A stretch of DNA of 63,757 nt, the filler included, from Octopus bimaculoides (Eukaryota), in assembly GCF_001194135.2 (NCBI RefSeq). It is 4 parts of 3 records of this genome, joined end to end, with 100 filler letters (N's around TTAATTAATTAA, not from the genome) between each part and the next. Parts side by side here need not be neighbours in the genome. Positions count along the whole stretch, not along the records: positions 20,052 to 35,806 come from NC_068994.1; positions 35,907 to 55,143 come from NC_068982.1; 2 more parts are not named here. The stretch is one strand, 5' to 3'. The position numbers and the translations under genes were made by a program. Below the pieces are notes generated by a model that was not told the origin of the DNA, made no database searches, and saw only the letters and a program-made list of their open reading frames with translations. Of this stretch, positions 27,300-40,504 are shown one piece after another; position 1 is the stretch's first letter; every line of letters starts with the position of its first letter.

Positions 27300-27785
27300 C
27301 ATGTAAGTGTGATGGAGGACTCCTGAAAGACAGGAACTGTAGAGTCACTGATAGATTCAGAGAGGTCCTAAACTCCATGTTGAAAAATGGCGCCGGACCA
27401 TCACAGTATATTCTTGCATTAAATCAATGAAATTTTTAGATGTCATTCTGAAACTTAACAAATACCATCAAATAACCTTACAAAAAGAAACGAAAAACAG
27501 AAACGAGGGTAACATCAAATGCATACAGAACTGGAAATACCACTCACCAGTCTTCTATGATTAGAAGCTTTCCTAGAACCATATCAGAAAAACTATCGTA
27601 AACTTCAAATAACAAATCTTGCGACAACAGATGCAAGCGCAGAAAACACCTTAAAAGTTAGTGGAACAGAACATATGGGTCCCAACAAACAGCAGTTCAA
27701 AAACTTGGAAGAGAAAAAGAAAAATCATTTGTTAGAACCACCTTTTTAACCAATAAATTGCCACAACTATTGCTAAGTACTTCCC
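27300..27785 (+). mobile_element. Penelope-like element remnant (RT thumb to linker), Naiad-like motifs
   Basis: Degenerate translation gives MKFLDVILKL, THQSSMIRSFPRTISEKLS*TSNN (compare SNHPPxIIKxLPxxIxxRLS) and an RKII..PPF-like stretch (compare RxIIWFNPPF). Confidence 0.6.
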
Positions 27786-28009
27786 TAGAATGTATGTATG
27801 TATGTATGTATGTATGTATGTATGTATGCATGTATGTATACACACACACGCGCATACATGCATAAATGGATGTAGAAATATATACGCACATGTGAAAATA
27901 TGTGTGAAAAATGACATATGCTCAAAAGTACACAGAAATTACCTGGCGGTCACACGTTTCTTTGTAAACATGTATAAAATATTATATATACAAATGTGTT
28001 TGAGTCTCC

Positions 28010-28057
<48 letters not shown>

Positions 28058-28065
28058 GTCTGCCG

Positions 28066-28113
<48 letters not shown>

Positions 28114-28193
28114 GCCTGCCTGTCTGTCTACCTGTCTGTCTGTTTGTCTATCTGTCTGCCTACCTGTCTGTCTCTCTTTCTGTCTGCTGTCTG

Positions 28194-28241
<48 letters not shown>

Positions 28242-28374
28242 CATATATAGAGTACAGATAAAATTGAGTCTCTTCTTCTTCTTCTTCTTCTTCTTCTTCT
28301 TCTTCTTCTTCTTCTTCTTCTTCTTCTTCTTCTTCTTCTTCTTCTTCTTCTTCTTCTTCTTCTTCTTCTTCTAT

Positions 28375-29260
28375 CACCGACCTCCATCGTTTCAGTCTTA
28401 CAACCTCGGATATCCGAGAACTATTGAACATCAACGTCTGTAACAGCTACTTCCAGTACGTCGGCGTACTATATAAGCAAATCTCAGATCAGCCGATGGT
28501 ATCTAGCCTCTAAGGCCTGCTAACCATCATGTTCATTTTCATACAGTATTACGCGGCGCTTAGTACCTGCCACTCTTGACAATATCCTGATGCTCACCTC
28601 CTCCCGAAAGGAGGCAATCGACTTACACCGGTGATCCAGCAACGTTGACAAGCATATAAAATTTAAAATAGTACAACTGGAAGAGTCCGGAACAACTCCC
28701 TACTTCATTTCCTACTCAGGATTTATGAGGACGATTCCATTAACACTAACTTTTACAGGAAAGCTGCCAGCAAGAACCTGTTTGTGCACTGCGAGTCAGC
28801 CCTGCTCGCCAGAGCCGAAGTCGCATGTATGCAAAACGAAATTGCACTCATAAGCGACAACTGACAAAGCTTCCAATACCAAACTGTTCTTTAAGAAGTT
28901 AATGCAAAACAGCTTACCACCATCAATAAGCAAACGAATGCAATTAAGCAAAATTAAAATGAGTAAAGCGCATAAGAGGGCCTATATTTGGATGTATGAC
29001 ATGTAATAACTTAAAGTAGCCTACCTCGATGACAAAAACCGTTGCTACTATACAGATGGTGCACACCGGTCCTCCTTGAGGACATTTCTGTTTAGAAATA
29101 ATACCACAGATGAGCGCACACTAAATGGTTATTCCATCAACGACTTCAAAATGTGCTTGAGGGCCTTAGTGGTATACGAAGTAGTCTCCAGTCAGTGTCA
29201 GGCATCTATCAAGAGACTGCACGTTCGAATCAACGTATGTGCGGGGACATTTCAATGAAA
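28375..29260 (+). mobile_element. Penelope/Poseidon-type PLE remnant (RT plus GIY-YIG)
   Basis: NSYFQYVGVLYKQISDQPMVSSL (compare YFxFxGxxYKQxxGxPMGSPLS), LDNILML, INTNFYRKAASKNLFVHCESAL, and VVYEVVSSQCQ...RLHVRIN as a decayed GIY-YIG start. Confidence 0.75.
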
Positions 29261-30034
29261 AGTAAAAACACCTACAAAAATGCCTGACCTAGGATTTTAA
29301 TGTATCAATCAAGGCCACTCAACGCAATAGCGGCAATATCTGACTCATGGAGACCCTCCTTGCCAACGAACTGAGACCAGTCATAAAATAACAGAAAAGA
29401 GGTACATGAGGTAGATTGGTTACTATAGCAACACCAGTCTGCGCTTGTTACCCCCTTACCCCCACACCTCTGAGCAACGACCTTTTTCTGTTCTTCGTTT
29501 GCCCACATGACCCGAAGAAGGGGTCACAACCCATCTTCTCGATATCTTTTTACATTGCTCCTGCCTTACTCAATAAGTCGCTTTAATGCAATACCACACA
29601 ATGCGTCACAAAAACTACTCCATTTTATTATATATTTGTATATATATATATCGGTTTGCGTGTGTGTGTGTGTGCGTGTGTGTGTATGCATGTATATATG
29701 TATGCATGTATGCCGATAATTTATATGTGTGCGTATGTGTGTGTTTGTGTGTGTGCGTGCGTATATACATACAAGCATGATCATACACATGCATACACAA
29801 ACAAAATTATCTATCTATCAATTATGCTATCTATCTGTCTGTCTGTCAGTCTGTCCGTCTGTCTTTCTGACTGACTATCTCTCCATCTGTCTGTCTATAT
29901 ATCTATTCTCACTTCATTCCTCAATGATTCTCTCAAGATACTCTAGATACTTCACGTTTTGGAAATCTTTAGAACTCTATCGCACATATTACACTTTTTT
30001 TTTCTTTTATCACACTAATTCTCTTCCCCGCTTC

Positions 30035-30089
<55 letters not shown>

Positions 30090-30694
30090 TTGTTCTTTCC
30101 CCCTCCCCTGTTTATACATACCTGCTGCACTCTTTCTCTCTTACCGAAATTCTCTTCCCTCGTCTGTTCTTATTTCTCCTCCTATTCCTCTACATCACAT
30201 ATCTCTAACCAGACTCCAGCTCCATCTGTTGGCAGCAGTCCAAAGCTGTCACTGGCAGCTTTGGCGAGAGAGACTTGGGAGAATTTTACGTAAAACTCTC
30301 ATCAATAATTTATGAACGAATCTCCAATGTTTCCATACTTCTTATTGTTCCAGTGGCAGTTATTTTCAAACTTTATATACAACTGTAGTAGTTGTAGTAC
30401 ACAAAATACAAACACCGGACAAATAACAGTATATACATACATACATACATACATACATACACGAGTACGTGTGTATGTGTGTGTGTATGTATGTCTGTAT
30501 ATCTATATACTTATATGTATATGTATGTATATATATATATATCTATATATGTGCGTGTGTGTTTGAATTTATCTATCTATCAATCTATCTACCTGTCTAT
30601 CTATATATGCCCCCCCCCCACACATACATAACACACACACACAGGCGCACGCATAGATACGAACACAACACACACTCATATATACGTATATATA

Positions 30695-30727
<33 letters not shown>

Positions 30728-31605
30728 TCGTACATATATNNNNNNNNNNNNNNNNNNNNNNNNNNNNNNNNNNNNNNNNNNNNNNNNNNNNNNNNNNNNN
30801 NNNNNNNNNNNNNNNNNNNNNNNNNNNNNNNNNNNNNNNNNNNNNNNNNNNNNNNNNNNNNNNNNNNNNNNNNNNNNNNNNNNNNNNNNNNNNNNNNNNN
30901 NNNNNNNNNNNNNNNNNNNNNNNNNNNNNNNNNNNNNNNNNNNNNNNNNNNNNNNNNNNNNNNNNNNNNNNNNNNNNNNNNNNNNNNNNNNNNNNNNNNN
31001 NNNNNNNNNNNNNNNNNNNNNNNNNNNNNNNNNNNNNNNNNNNNNNNNNNNNNNNNNNNNNNNNNNNNNNNNNNNNNNNNNNNNNNNNNNNNNNNNNNNN
31101 NNNNNNNNNNNNNNNNNNNNNNNNNNNNNNNNNNNNNNNNNNNNNNNNNNNNNNNNNNNNNNNNNNNNNNNNNNNNNNNNNNNNNNNNNNNNNNNNNNNN
31201 NNNNNNNNNNNNNNNNNNNNNNNNNNNNNNNNNNNNNNNNNNNNNNNNNNNNNNNNNNNNNNNNNNNNNNNNNNNNNNNNNNNNNNNNNNNNNNNNNNNN
31301 NNNNNNNNNNNNNNNNNNNNNNNNNNNNNNNNNNNNNNNNNNNNNNNNNNNNNNNNNNNNNNNNNNNNNNNNNNNNNNNNNNNNNNNNNNNNNNNNNNNN
31401 NNNNNNNNNNNNNNNNNNNNNNNNNNNNNNNNNNNNNNNNNNNNNNNNNNNNNNNNNNNNNNNNNNNNNNNNNNNNNNNNNNNNNNNNNNNNNNNNNNNN
31501 NNNNNNNNNNNNNNNNNNNNNNNNNNNNNNNNNNNNNNNNNNNNNNNNNNNNNNNNNNNNNNNNNNNNNNNNNNNNNNNNNNNNNNNNNNNNNNNNNNNN
31601 NNNNN

Positions 31606-31815
31606 TATTCTTAGTGCAAGTTTTGAAGAGTGCAGTTCGATTTTAACAGTTATTTTTTCAACGCTATAATAGAAGTGACAAAGGAACATATTCGGCATAC
31701 TTTGCTTTATGAGTTCAATAAAGGCAACAACGCAACGGAAAGTGCGAAGAATATTAATGCAGTATATGGGGATCAGACAATAACTGTAAGCCAGTGTCAA
31801 CAGTGGTTCCAGAAA
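31606..31815 (+). mobile_element. Mariner transposase 5' fragment
   Basis: EVTKEHIRHTLLYEFNKGNNATESAKNINAVYGDQTITVSQCQQWFQK matches the mariner N-terminal HTH. It adjoins a gap. Confidence 0.85.
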
Positions 31816-32353
31816 TGTATTTGTGTCTGTGTTTGTCGCCCCACCATCGCTTGACGACCGAGTGAGTAAAATGTATATTCTTTTATACGTGTCAGTTCAA
31901 AGGCCCTTGCCATACTGGGGCACCACCAGTGTAGTCGTCGTTTGAATGGCCATCCCTATGCGATTGTCTTTTGGTGAAAGAGGAAGTTCAACACCGCTGA
32001 CCTCTTTTGAGTTTCCTGCCGTGATATAGGTTCAAATGGACTGTAGGCTCTCAAGTTGTTTCTTGAAAACATACTCATCCTCCATGAATATGTATGGTAA
32101 ACATTGAATGCACACATACGCATGCGCGCGCGCACACACACATTTATATATTACTTGATTCTGTCTGAAGAATTTCTGACAGGAGATATCTTACATGTTT
32201 TTCCTACATGTACAAATTTGTAATTCTTATTAGTAAATGAAACATGTATAATGATGAATAAATAATACCGAAAACTTTTTCCAACCTCTTGGTTTTACAT
32301 GTATGTATGTATGTATGTATGTATGTATGTATGTATGTATGTATGTATGTACG

Positions 32354-32389
<36 letters not shown>

Positions 32390-33127
32390 AGCATGTGTGT
32401 GTGTGTATGTGTGTGTGCGTGTATGTATGTATGTGTGTGTGTGTGAGTGTGAGTCTGTGTAGATGGAGATAATATAAGAATTCGTATTCGTATATATAAA
32501 GATTGGCAAAATGAAGCTGGGATTAGCGTTTAATGACGTTTTTATCTTAAATAAATCGAATGCAGCTGTACAACAGTACACTTACTGTTCTTGTTTGCCC
32601 AATTCTGTGTTCCTTTACACATAGATACACATATATGCATACACACACACACATACACATGCACACAAATATACATGTATATATGCATGAATAAGTTTTT
32701 ATTTGGGATCTTATAATATTTGTAATGTATGAGCTCAGGTAACGATATCAAATTCTCCGTGCAATATGAGAGCGTTTAAATAAAATAAAGTTTGAATTAA
32801 CCCATAGCATTCCCCTGCACGTCAATATCTTCTTTTATGTAATGTACTGCCCCAGTAAAACCACTTCCGTTTAATGCTTCCAAATATCGGTATACTGCAG
32901 TATGAAAAACAAAGGTCTTACCAAAAGAGAAAGACGTTATGTATTTGCTGATGTTTCATCGAGACTGAGTGGTTTGAAGTCATACAGATTGACAGTAATG
33001 TTTCGCTGGTTTTTCCATGCAAATATAATATCATTAGCATCGTTGATTTTAAAGTGACATTCCAAATATTCGCAACGCTGTGATTATGATCAACTGTAAT
33101 CTAATTCTTTAAATGTAAATATGAGGT

Positions 33128-33203
33128 ATTTTGTAAATCTAATGTAGATACGTTCATAACGGTACATTTTGTAAATCTAATGTATGTACGTTCATAACGG
33201 TAC
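33128..33203. repeat. 38-bp direct tandem duplication
   Basis: ATTTTGTAAATCTAATGTA(GA/TG)TACGTTCATAACGGTAC occurs twice. Confidence 0.9.
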
Positions 33204-33204
33204 A

Positions 33205-33480
33205 TATTACGCCGTAAGGTTGTGAGTTCGATTCTCGGCGGTATGTTGTGTCTTTGAGCAAGATACTTTATTTCAGGTTGCTCCACTCCGCTCAGCTGGC
33301 AAAAATGAGTAGTACCTGTAATTCAAAGGGGCCAGATTTGTCATATTCTTGTATCATGCTGAACCTCCCTGAGAGCTACATGTCTGTGGAGTACTCAGCT
33401 ACTTGTACTTTAATTTCCCGAGTACCTGTTACGTTGGTAGGATCAACTTGAGCCCCTGTCGTCGTAACCGACGGAGTGCC
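33205..33480 (+). mobile_element. SINE family C
   Basis: B-box GAGTTCGATTCTC, TGTGTCTTTGAGCAAGATACTT core, and body shared with 17442-17820. Confidence 0.8.
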
Positions 33481-34400
33481 AGTGTTATTATTGTGATAGT
33501 AGTGGTGGTGGTGGAGGTGGTGTGGGTGTTTATTGCTGCTGCTAACATTATTTGGACTGGTGTTGATGGTGATGGTGGTAGCATTGGTAATGTTGATATT
33601 GGTGCTGGTGGTTTTGGTGGCAGTAGTAGTGGTAGTGTTCACTCAGATGGTAGTAGCGCTGGTATTGGTGGCAGTAGTAGTGGTGTTAGTGTGTGAATGT
33701 TGGTGGTAGTGGAGGTGAATGTATTGGGGATGTTATTGGCTTCAACAATAATGGTATTCGTTGCAATGGTAGTAGTTTTACTAATGATGATGATGGTGAT
33801 GGTGGTGGCGAAAGTAGTAGTGATGATATTGGTAGTAGTAGTAGTAGTGGAAGTAGTAGTGGTGTTGGTTCCAATAGTGGTGGATTATATTGCAGCGTTT
33901 GTGGTGTTGGTTGCATTGGTGGTAATTTTGCTTGACAGTGGTGGTGGCGGTGGTAGAGGTGGTAGTGGTGGTGGTGGTAGTAGTAGTGGTGATGGAGGTA
34001 GTGTTTAAAGGTGTAGCATTGATTGCAGGTTGTGGGGGTGTGGTCGCAAGTGGTGGTGTTAGTTGTAACAGTGGTGGCGTTGGCTGCAGGTGGTAGTGGT
34101 GCAGTTGTAGATGGTAGTGATGGTTGCACCACTGGTAGTGTTGGTTACAGTAGTACTGGTGGTCGTTGTGGTAGTAAATGTATTGGTCGGGTGTGGTCGT
34201 TGTAGTGGCACTGGTTGCATTAGTGGAAGCTTTGGCTGCAAGTGGTGATGGTGGCGACGATGGTTGTAGGGGCTGGTGCAAGTTGCAGCAGTAGTAGTTT
34301 TGGTTGTAGTAATGAGGGTATTGGCTGCATGTGGCGACGATATTGTTGGTAGCAGCGTTGATAGTTTTGCTGTCTGCAGTAGTCGTTGGAGTAGATGAAA
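33480..34400. repeat. Cryptic (GGT/AGT/TGT)n low-complexity tract
   Basis: Direct reading. It gives Thr/His-rich or Val/Gly-rich ORFs in several frames at once. Confidence 0.8.
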
Positions 34401-34498
34401 GCAATCCACGTCTGACCACTGCTACAATAAATATCTAATGGTTAAAGGTAATAAACTTTGATTGGTCAAGTTAATAAATATTCAATGCTGTCGGTTAG

Positions 34499-34517
34499 TA
34501 GTGCCACCTAATGGTCA
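34499..34517 (-). promoter_or_regulatory. CTCF-like binding motif
   Basis: Minus strand TGACCATTAGGTGGCACTA versus the canonical TGGCCACCAGGGGGCGCTA. Most differences fall at degenerate positions, and the site lies in non-repeat sequence. Confidence 0.35.
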
Positions 34518-35015
34518 GTCTGGTAATCAAAAGTGCTAAATATTCGATGACCAAACCAATAAATATAAGCTGGCAAAACAAATTAATGTCTGGAAATAAC
34601 GGACGATATATCATGAAAGCCGAAATTACCAACAGCTGGCTCCAAGTAGAAGCACTAGTAATATTTAGAGGACCAAACGTGGCTAATAAGTTCACTTAAC
34701 AGCCATGTGTTTATGGGGTGGGAGATTCGATCCCTGCGCACGACACTCACCTTGGGATCTCTGTTTTCTGTCTAAAATAGAATAGAGTGGATTGACTAGA
34801 AATTTGTGACATCTGAGTAGAAATTGTTAGGGAGCCCGTCATATATAGATTTCTGCATACATACATGCTTGCATACATACATAAATAGATGCATGCATAC
34901 ATACATATTTACGTACATACATATATATAGGCAGACAGACAGATATACGTACATACATATTTGCATAAAAAATACACGCACACATATATACGTATATACA
35001 TATGTATATACATAC

Positions 35016-35100
<85 letters not shown>

Positions 35101-35906
35101 TATACATATATACATATTCATAAATATATCCACATAAATATGTATGTACACATAAATATGTATGTACGTATACACACACACATATGGGGAGAGAGAGAGA
35201 GAGAGACAAAGTGAGTGAAACGAAGAGAGTGAGAGAGAGAGATCTGTGGAGAAAGAGGAAGAGAGAGACTTTTAGGCCGATCCATTAGCCATTTAATATA
35301 GTGGTGATGGTGGTGCAGTGGCGGTGGTTATGTTTCTAGTGTTGACAGCAACGGTGTGATGTTGGTAGTGGTGTGATGGCGGTGGTATCGTTCATGGGTA
35401 TGTGATGGTAGTGGAGGATGATATGCTGGTGGCGGTGGTGATTGGCCGTAGCGGTGGTGTTATTCCATTATTAAAACAGTAGAAATATAACTGAGATGGA
35501 TTTAGGAGCTATTTCTAGCTGGCTAATAAACCACATAGGCACCATGTCTCGCTGGTGTTGTTATTAGTGTTCTTTTGTCTTTTATTTTTTTCTTGTTTCA
35601 GCCTTTAGACTATAGCCATGGTGGGGCAACGCGTTGGAGGATTTTTCAGTCGAATAAATCAATTCAATTTTTAATGTCTGGTACAGATTCTACCACTCTC
35701 TTTTACCGAACTGCTAAGTTACTGGAATGTAAACAAACCAACACCGGTTTCTAAGCGATGGTGGTGATGGTGGGTGCAAGCACAAAACACACAACTTTAT
35801 ATATATNNNNNNNNNNNNNNNNNNNNNNNNNNNNNNNNNNNNNNNNNNNNTTAATTAATTAANNNNNNNNNNNNNNNNNNNNNNNNNNNNNNNNNNNNNN
35901 NNNNNN

Positions 35907-36062
35907 TCTAGAAGTCCATATAGAGCCATCTAGAAGTCCATATAGAGCCATCTAGAAGTCCATGTAGAGCCATCTAGAAGTCCATATAGAGCCATCTAGA
36001 AGTCCATATAGAGCCATCTAGAAGTCCATATAGAGCCATCTAGAAGGCCACACAAAAAGCCA
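35907..36062. repeat. 22-bp minisatellite TCTAGAAGTCCATATAGAGCCA, six copies plus one diverged copy
   Basis: Direct count. The array runs into the gap, so the true copy number may be higher. Confidence 0.95.
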
Positions 36063-37174
36063 TGTCACTCTGTTCCATGAAATGGTCTCTCACTCTCTTC
36101 TATGTTTCCTTACAGGACAATCTCTGATGTTACATTGAACTATATCACCCACTTTCCATGATAGGTGTTCTCACTTTTACCACATCTCCTGCCTTGTGAT
36201 AAGGCATTCTCATTCTACTTAATTAGTTCTCTATAAGTATGAACTACCTTCATATATTAATCAGCATATTATGCAATGAAATTTGTACTTATTCCATATG
36301 AAAGTTGTTCAATATATTCAGCTGTTGCATATATGTAAATGTTCCACGTTAATAAAGATGTGTGATAGCTAATATGAATCCCCATGTGATCATTATGATC
36401 TTAACACACAGCCTACCAAATATTGTTATTCCTCAATAACTATTGAATAACTATTGTAATATTTCAGGATAGTCATCTTTTTATCATCCAAAATAAATGC
36501 ACACACTATATATTCATTCTTCACTTCTTTATTATTGTTCATATTTTATGTCCATTCTCTGGAAATCTTTCATCACACACCTGTGACCTCTTCAGTAACT
36601 CTCCATCCCACATTTTTCCTGTTCTGTTTAGTCTATTTTGTCTTTCTATGGTGTGTATCCTTGCGAGCACATCTGTGTGTGTGCGTGTGTGTTTGTGTGC
36701 CTGTCTATGTGTGTTGTGTGTACATGGATTTGCTTACTATACTGTTATATTCTCTACAATTTTACACAAGGTATTCACCAACCGCAAAGGCATCATATTT
36801 ACACAATTTCCAGATCAACAATGTCAGATCTGTGGTATTTACACAGACAAAATATTCCAATGGTATCCTATTATTTCAGAACTCTAGAAAGATTTTGTTC
36901 TTATCATTCATCTCTAGTGGATCAAAGAAATGAAGCAACTGGAATATATTTTTAGCCGACAGCTGATAATAATGCTAATGACATGAGTAATACTATATAA
37001 AATGGTATGAAACAACCATTTCTCAAGCAATCTTGGAAATGTCCAATATCTCTTCGATATATTATATATTTGGTATCTATTACAGAGTTGTGGATTGGAC
37101 AAAGGTAAAATATTTACGATATCCAGTTCATGATGCATGCATGCCCACTGATGTATATGAATAAGTATTATATA

Positions 37175-37206
<32 letters not shown>

Positions 37207-37817
37207 NNNNNNNNNNNNNNNNNNNNNNNNNNNNNNNNNNNNNNNNNNNNNNNNNNNNNNNNNNNNNNNNNNNNNNNNNNNNNNNNNNNNNNNNNNNNNN
37301 NNNNNNNNNNNNNNNNNNNNNNNNNNNNNNNNNNNNNNNNNNNNNNNNNNNNNNNNNNNNNNNNNNNNNNNNNNNNNNNNNNNNNNNNNNNNNNNNNNNN
37401 NNNNNNNNNNNNNNNNNNNNNNNNNNNNNNNNNNNNNNNNNNNNNNNNNNNNNNNNNNNNNNNNNNNNNNNNNNNNNNNNNNNNNNNNNNNNNNNNNNNN
37501 NNNNNNNNNNNNNNNNNNNNNNNNNNNNNNNNNNNNNNNNNNNNNNNNNNNNNNNNNNNNNNNNNNNNNNNNNNNNNNNNNNNNNNNNNNNNNNNNNNNN
37601 NNNNNNNNNNNNNNNTATATACATATACACATATATGTGGGTGTATACATATATATATATATGTATACACACACACACACATATATACATGTCTACATAT
37701 ATGCACATATATATATATCCATACATATTTATACAAAGACATACATATGTACATATATATATGCATACTTGTCTATCCATACATTTATATAGACACACAC
37801 ACAGTTATATATGTGTG

Positions 37818-37848
<31 letters not shown>

Positions 37849-38098
37849 ATACACACATATGCATATATATATGTGTGTATGCATCTATGTATCTTATATA
37901 AATATGAATGCATGTTTAAAAGAGAAAAAGAGACATGCACAATTTTACATGCACAATTAGATAGTTAGATGAAGGCATATAAATGCATACTTGAAATAAC
38001 AGATGCACATGTATGCACTCAAGCTTCTGCAGCCATCCATGCACATAAGCAATCTGATATTCATTCATCTCGTCATGAACATCTATTTTTGTAAGGCG

Positions 38099-38136
<38 letters not shown>

Positions 38137-38505
38137 CATTATTATTATTATTACTTTTATTTATATTATTATTATTATTATCATTATTATTGTTGTCGTT
38201 GTTGTTGTTGTTTTCGTTGTTATTGTTATTAATCAGACTTCGGCAAAGAATTAAGTTTAAAATCAATAGTTGATCTAAAACTAAACATGTTCTGACAAAG
38301 TTCACCCCAGACATGAAACATCTAAAGAATTTATCGAACGCTTCAAATTCCTGTTGTTTGCACCCACCCTGTACACACAAACACACACACGCACACACAC
38401 ACACACAAAATTCACTCAAATGCATACTTTCTTTCTCATACGCACGCTTCTGTTTCTCTCTTAAAGACACACACACACTTTCTCGCTCTTTCCCTCCCTT
38501 TTTCA

Positions 38506-38545
<40 letters not shown>

Positions 38546-39419
38546 TACACGTGCACACACAAATAAGCATAGACACACATTATCTCTACCTCACTTATAC
38601 ATACACACACACTCATCTACCCAACTTTGTTTAAACAATGTTGACCTGGAGAGGTGTTTAACACAGAATTAACAACAACAACAGTAATTAAAAAAATGAT
38701 AATAATAATAATAATCATTGATTTTGCTAATCACTTCTTATATCATCATCATCTTCATAATAATAATAATAATAATAATACAGCTTTCATAATAAAAATC
38801 CATTCTTTATTATTTGCCACAAGGGTGCTAGCTGGGAGGACATTACAGAGGCAAGTTAAAGTCATTCACCAGCTATGCATATGTGGTGTATTAAAAATAT
38901 ATAACCTGCTACTGTAATAGAAAATATATGTGGGATAAACATGATATTAGAAAAGGATGATGATGATGTGGAGGCCTACATGCCTTCACCTTCCAAAAGT
39001 CAAGCTGACCACAGCAATGACATCCAGTGGCTGTGAGTGGGAGGTAAGAGTTCTGCTACTAAATTGGGTTAGAAGTAAACTACACAGAAAATACCTTCTG
39101 CCAGCACTATGGAGGGAGATGTGCTGCAGTTAGGTAAGAGCATTATGCAATTTCAACACAGGTTCAATTCCTGGCTAAACCATTTCACATCACTTATTTC
39201 TGCAGCATGCGGCAACTGTATATTGTGAATACCTAGCAGAGTGGTGGGTTGCCCCAGGTTCATTTGGCCTTGATACACTGTGATAGTAATTACATTAACC
39301 CGTTAAGTATTCAGATTATTCCATCAAACGTAACGCTTATTTTTTTCACATTGTTCTGAATTAATTATGCATTATCTTGTAGCTTCAAGATTTCAATGAT
39401 TCATTCTCCTCCTCCTCCT

Positions 39420-39600
39420 CATCATCATCATCATTTAACTTCCATTTTCAAGCTAACATGGGTTGGATGGTTTGATGAGGGGTAGACAAGAGAGAGCTGC
39501 CAAGGCTCCAATTGCCTGATTTGCCATGGTTTCTACAGTTGGATGCCCTTCCTAAGACCAACCATGTTACAGAGTGTACTGGTGGTCTTTTATGTAGCAT
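39420..39600 (+). mobile_element. RTE-tail-like repeat (family D) copy, opposite orientation to the 47985 copy
   Basis: CATCATTTAAC..CCATTTTC.AGCTAACATGGGTTGGA...GGATGCCCTTCCTAA is the reverse complement of 47985-48250. Confidence 0.7.
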
Positions 39601-39831
39601 CAATGGTTTAGTTCTACAATGACATTGTGAGAGGCTGAATCTAGCCAGTTTGAACATTATTTTGCCTGGATATGGCAAGGTTAACTGCTAAATGGTTCAT
39701 ATGTGTAACACTAGCCAACAATTCTCATCGATATCATCTGTGTTGATAGCAGACACTGCGCTTATGGTATCCTCTTATATTCTGACATAAGTAAAAAAAG
39801 TGGTTTTGTTTTTCTGCCTAAAACATTAGTG

Positions 39832-39908
<77 letters not shown>

Positions 39909-40205
39909 TTGTTATGTTTATGTAAAACTTGAACTGCAGCAACAAGATGGCCCAGGAGGGCAATTAACAGATACTGTAGTCAGAAATGGGACACGTGCAA
40001 ATCAATAAAGACCCAATGTTTAGAAACATGTCAGTGTAAAAGAAGAAAGAGAGGAAGTAGGAAGGGAGAATAAAAATAAGGAGGGAAGAATATACACAAA
40101 CACATACAAATATAGACACACGACAATACGTGACTTTAGAAACTCATCAGAATATAACAAATAGACCATACTATATATGTGTATGTGTATATATATATAT
40201 ATAAA

Positions 40206-40301
40206 GCAGCTGCCTCTGAAGAGTGCAAGGTTACATAATCAGACTGTTACCTAACACTTCGTTGAATTCCTAGTGCGAAACCAAGTGGTAAGATCGGCTG
40301 C
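40206..40301 (+). ncRNA. Type I hammerhead ribozyme in PLE pseudo-LTR
   Basis: GCAGCTG-C-CT / CTGAAGA / helix II GTGCAAGG..CCTAGTGC (wobbles, one mismatch) / GAAA-CC AAGT GG-TA / AG-AT-CGGCTGC. All core nucleotides, a GUA triplet and helix I with an internal loop are present, 200 bp upstream of a PLE ORF. Confidence 0.8.
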
Positions 40302-40504
40302 AATGGATATATAATACTGTACAAGTCCATTTTTCCTGACTTATGGACTCATAGATGGCTTACACACACACTTCCACACTTCCACACACTGCAGAGTATA
40401 TTGCATTAGGTCATCCATACCCTGTAGCATATAGCTGCATTTCCCAGTGGTGCACTCTACATAGTCACTGAAAACCTCACCACGGATATTATACATCTAT
40501 TACA

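Noticed and set aside
33686-34419. Thr/His-rich mucin-like ORFs on the minus strand
   Set aside because: A cryptic trinucleotide repeat is open in several frames on both strands, with no signal peptide or splice support.
35907-36062. CRISPR-like appearance of the 22-bp array
   Set aside because: Units are contiguous with no unique spacers, there are no cas genes, and the context is eukaryotic.
36648-37110. Protein-like ORFs and splice-like signals at 36.77-37.10 kb
   Set aside because: All three plus-strand frames hit stops before the candidate donor, and no family is recognisable.
38003-39032. Two candidate plus-strand exons (38003-38090 xAHVCTQASAAIH..., 38951-39032 xKDDDDVEAYMPSPSK...)
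   Set aside because: Acceptors are weak, the phases are incompatible with direct joining (an immediate TGA results), and no homology is recognised.
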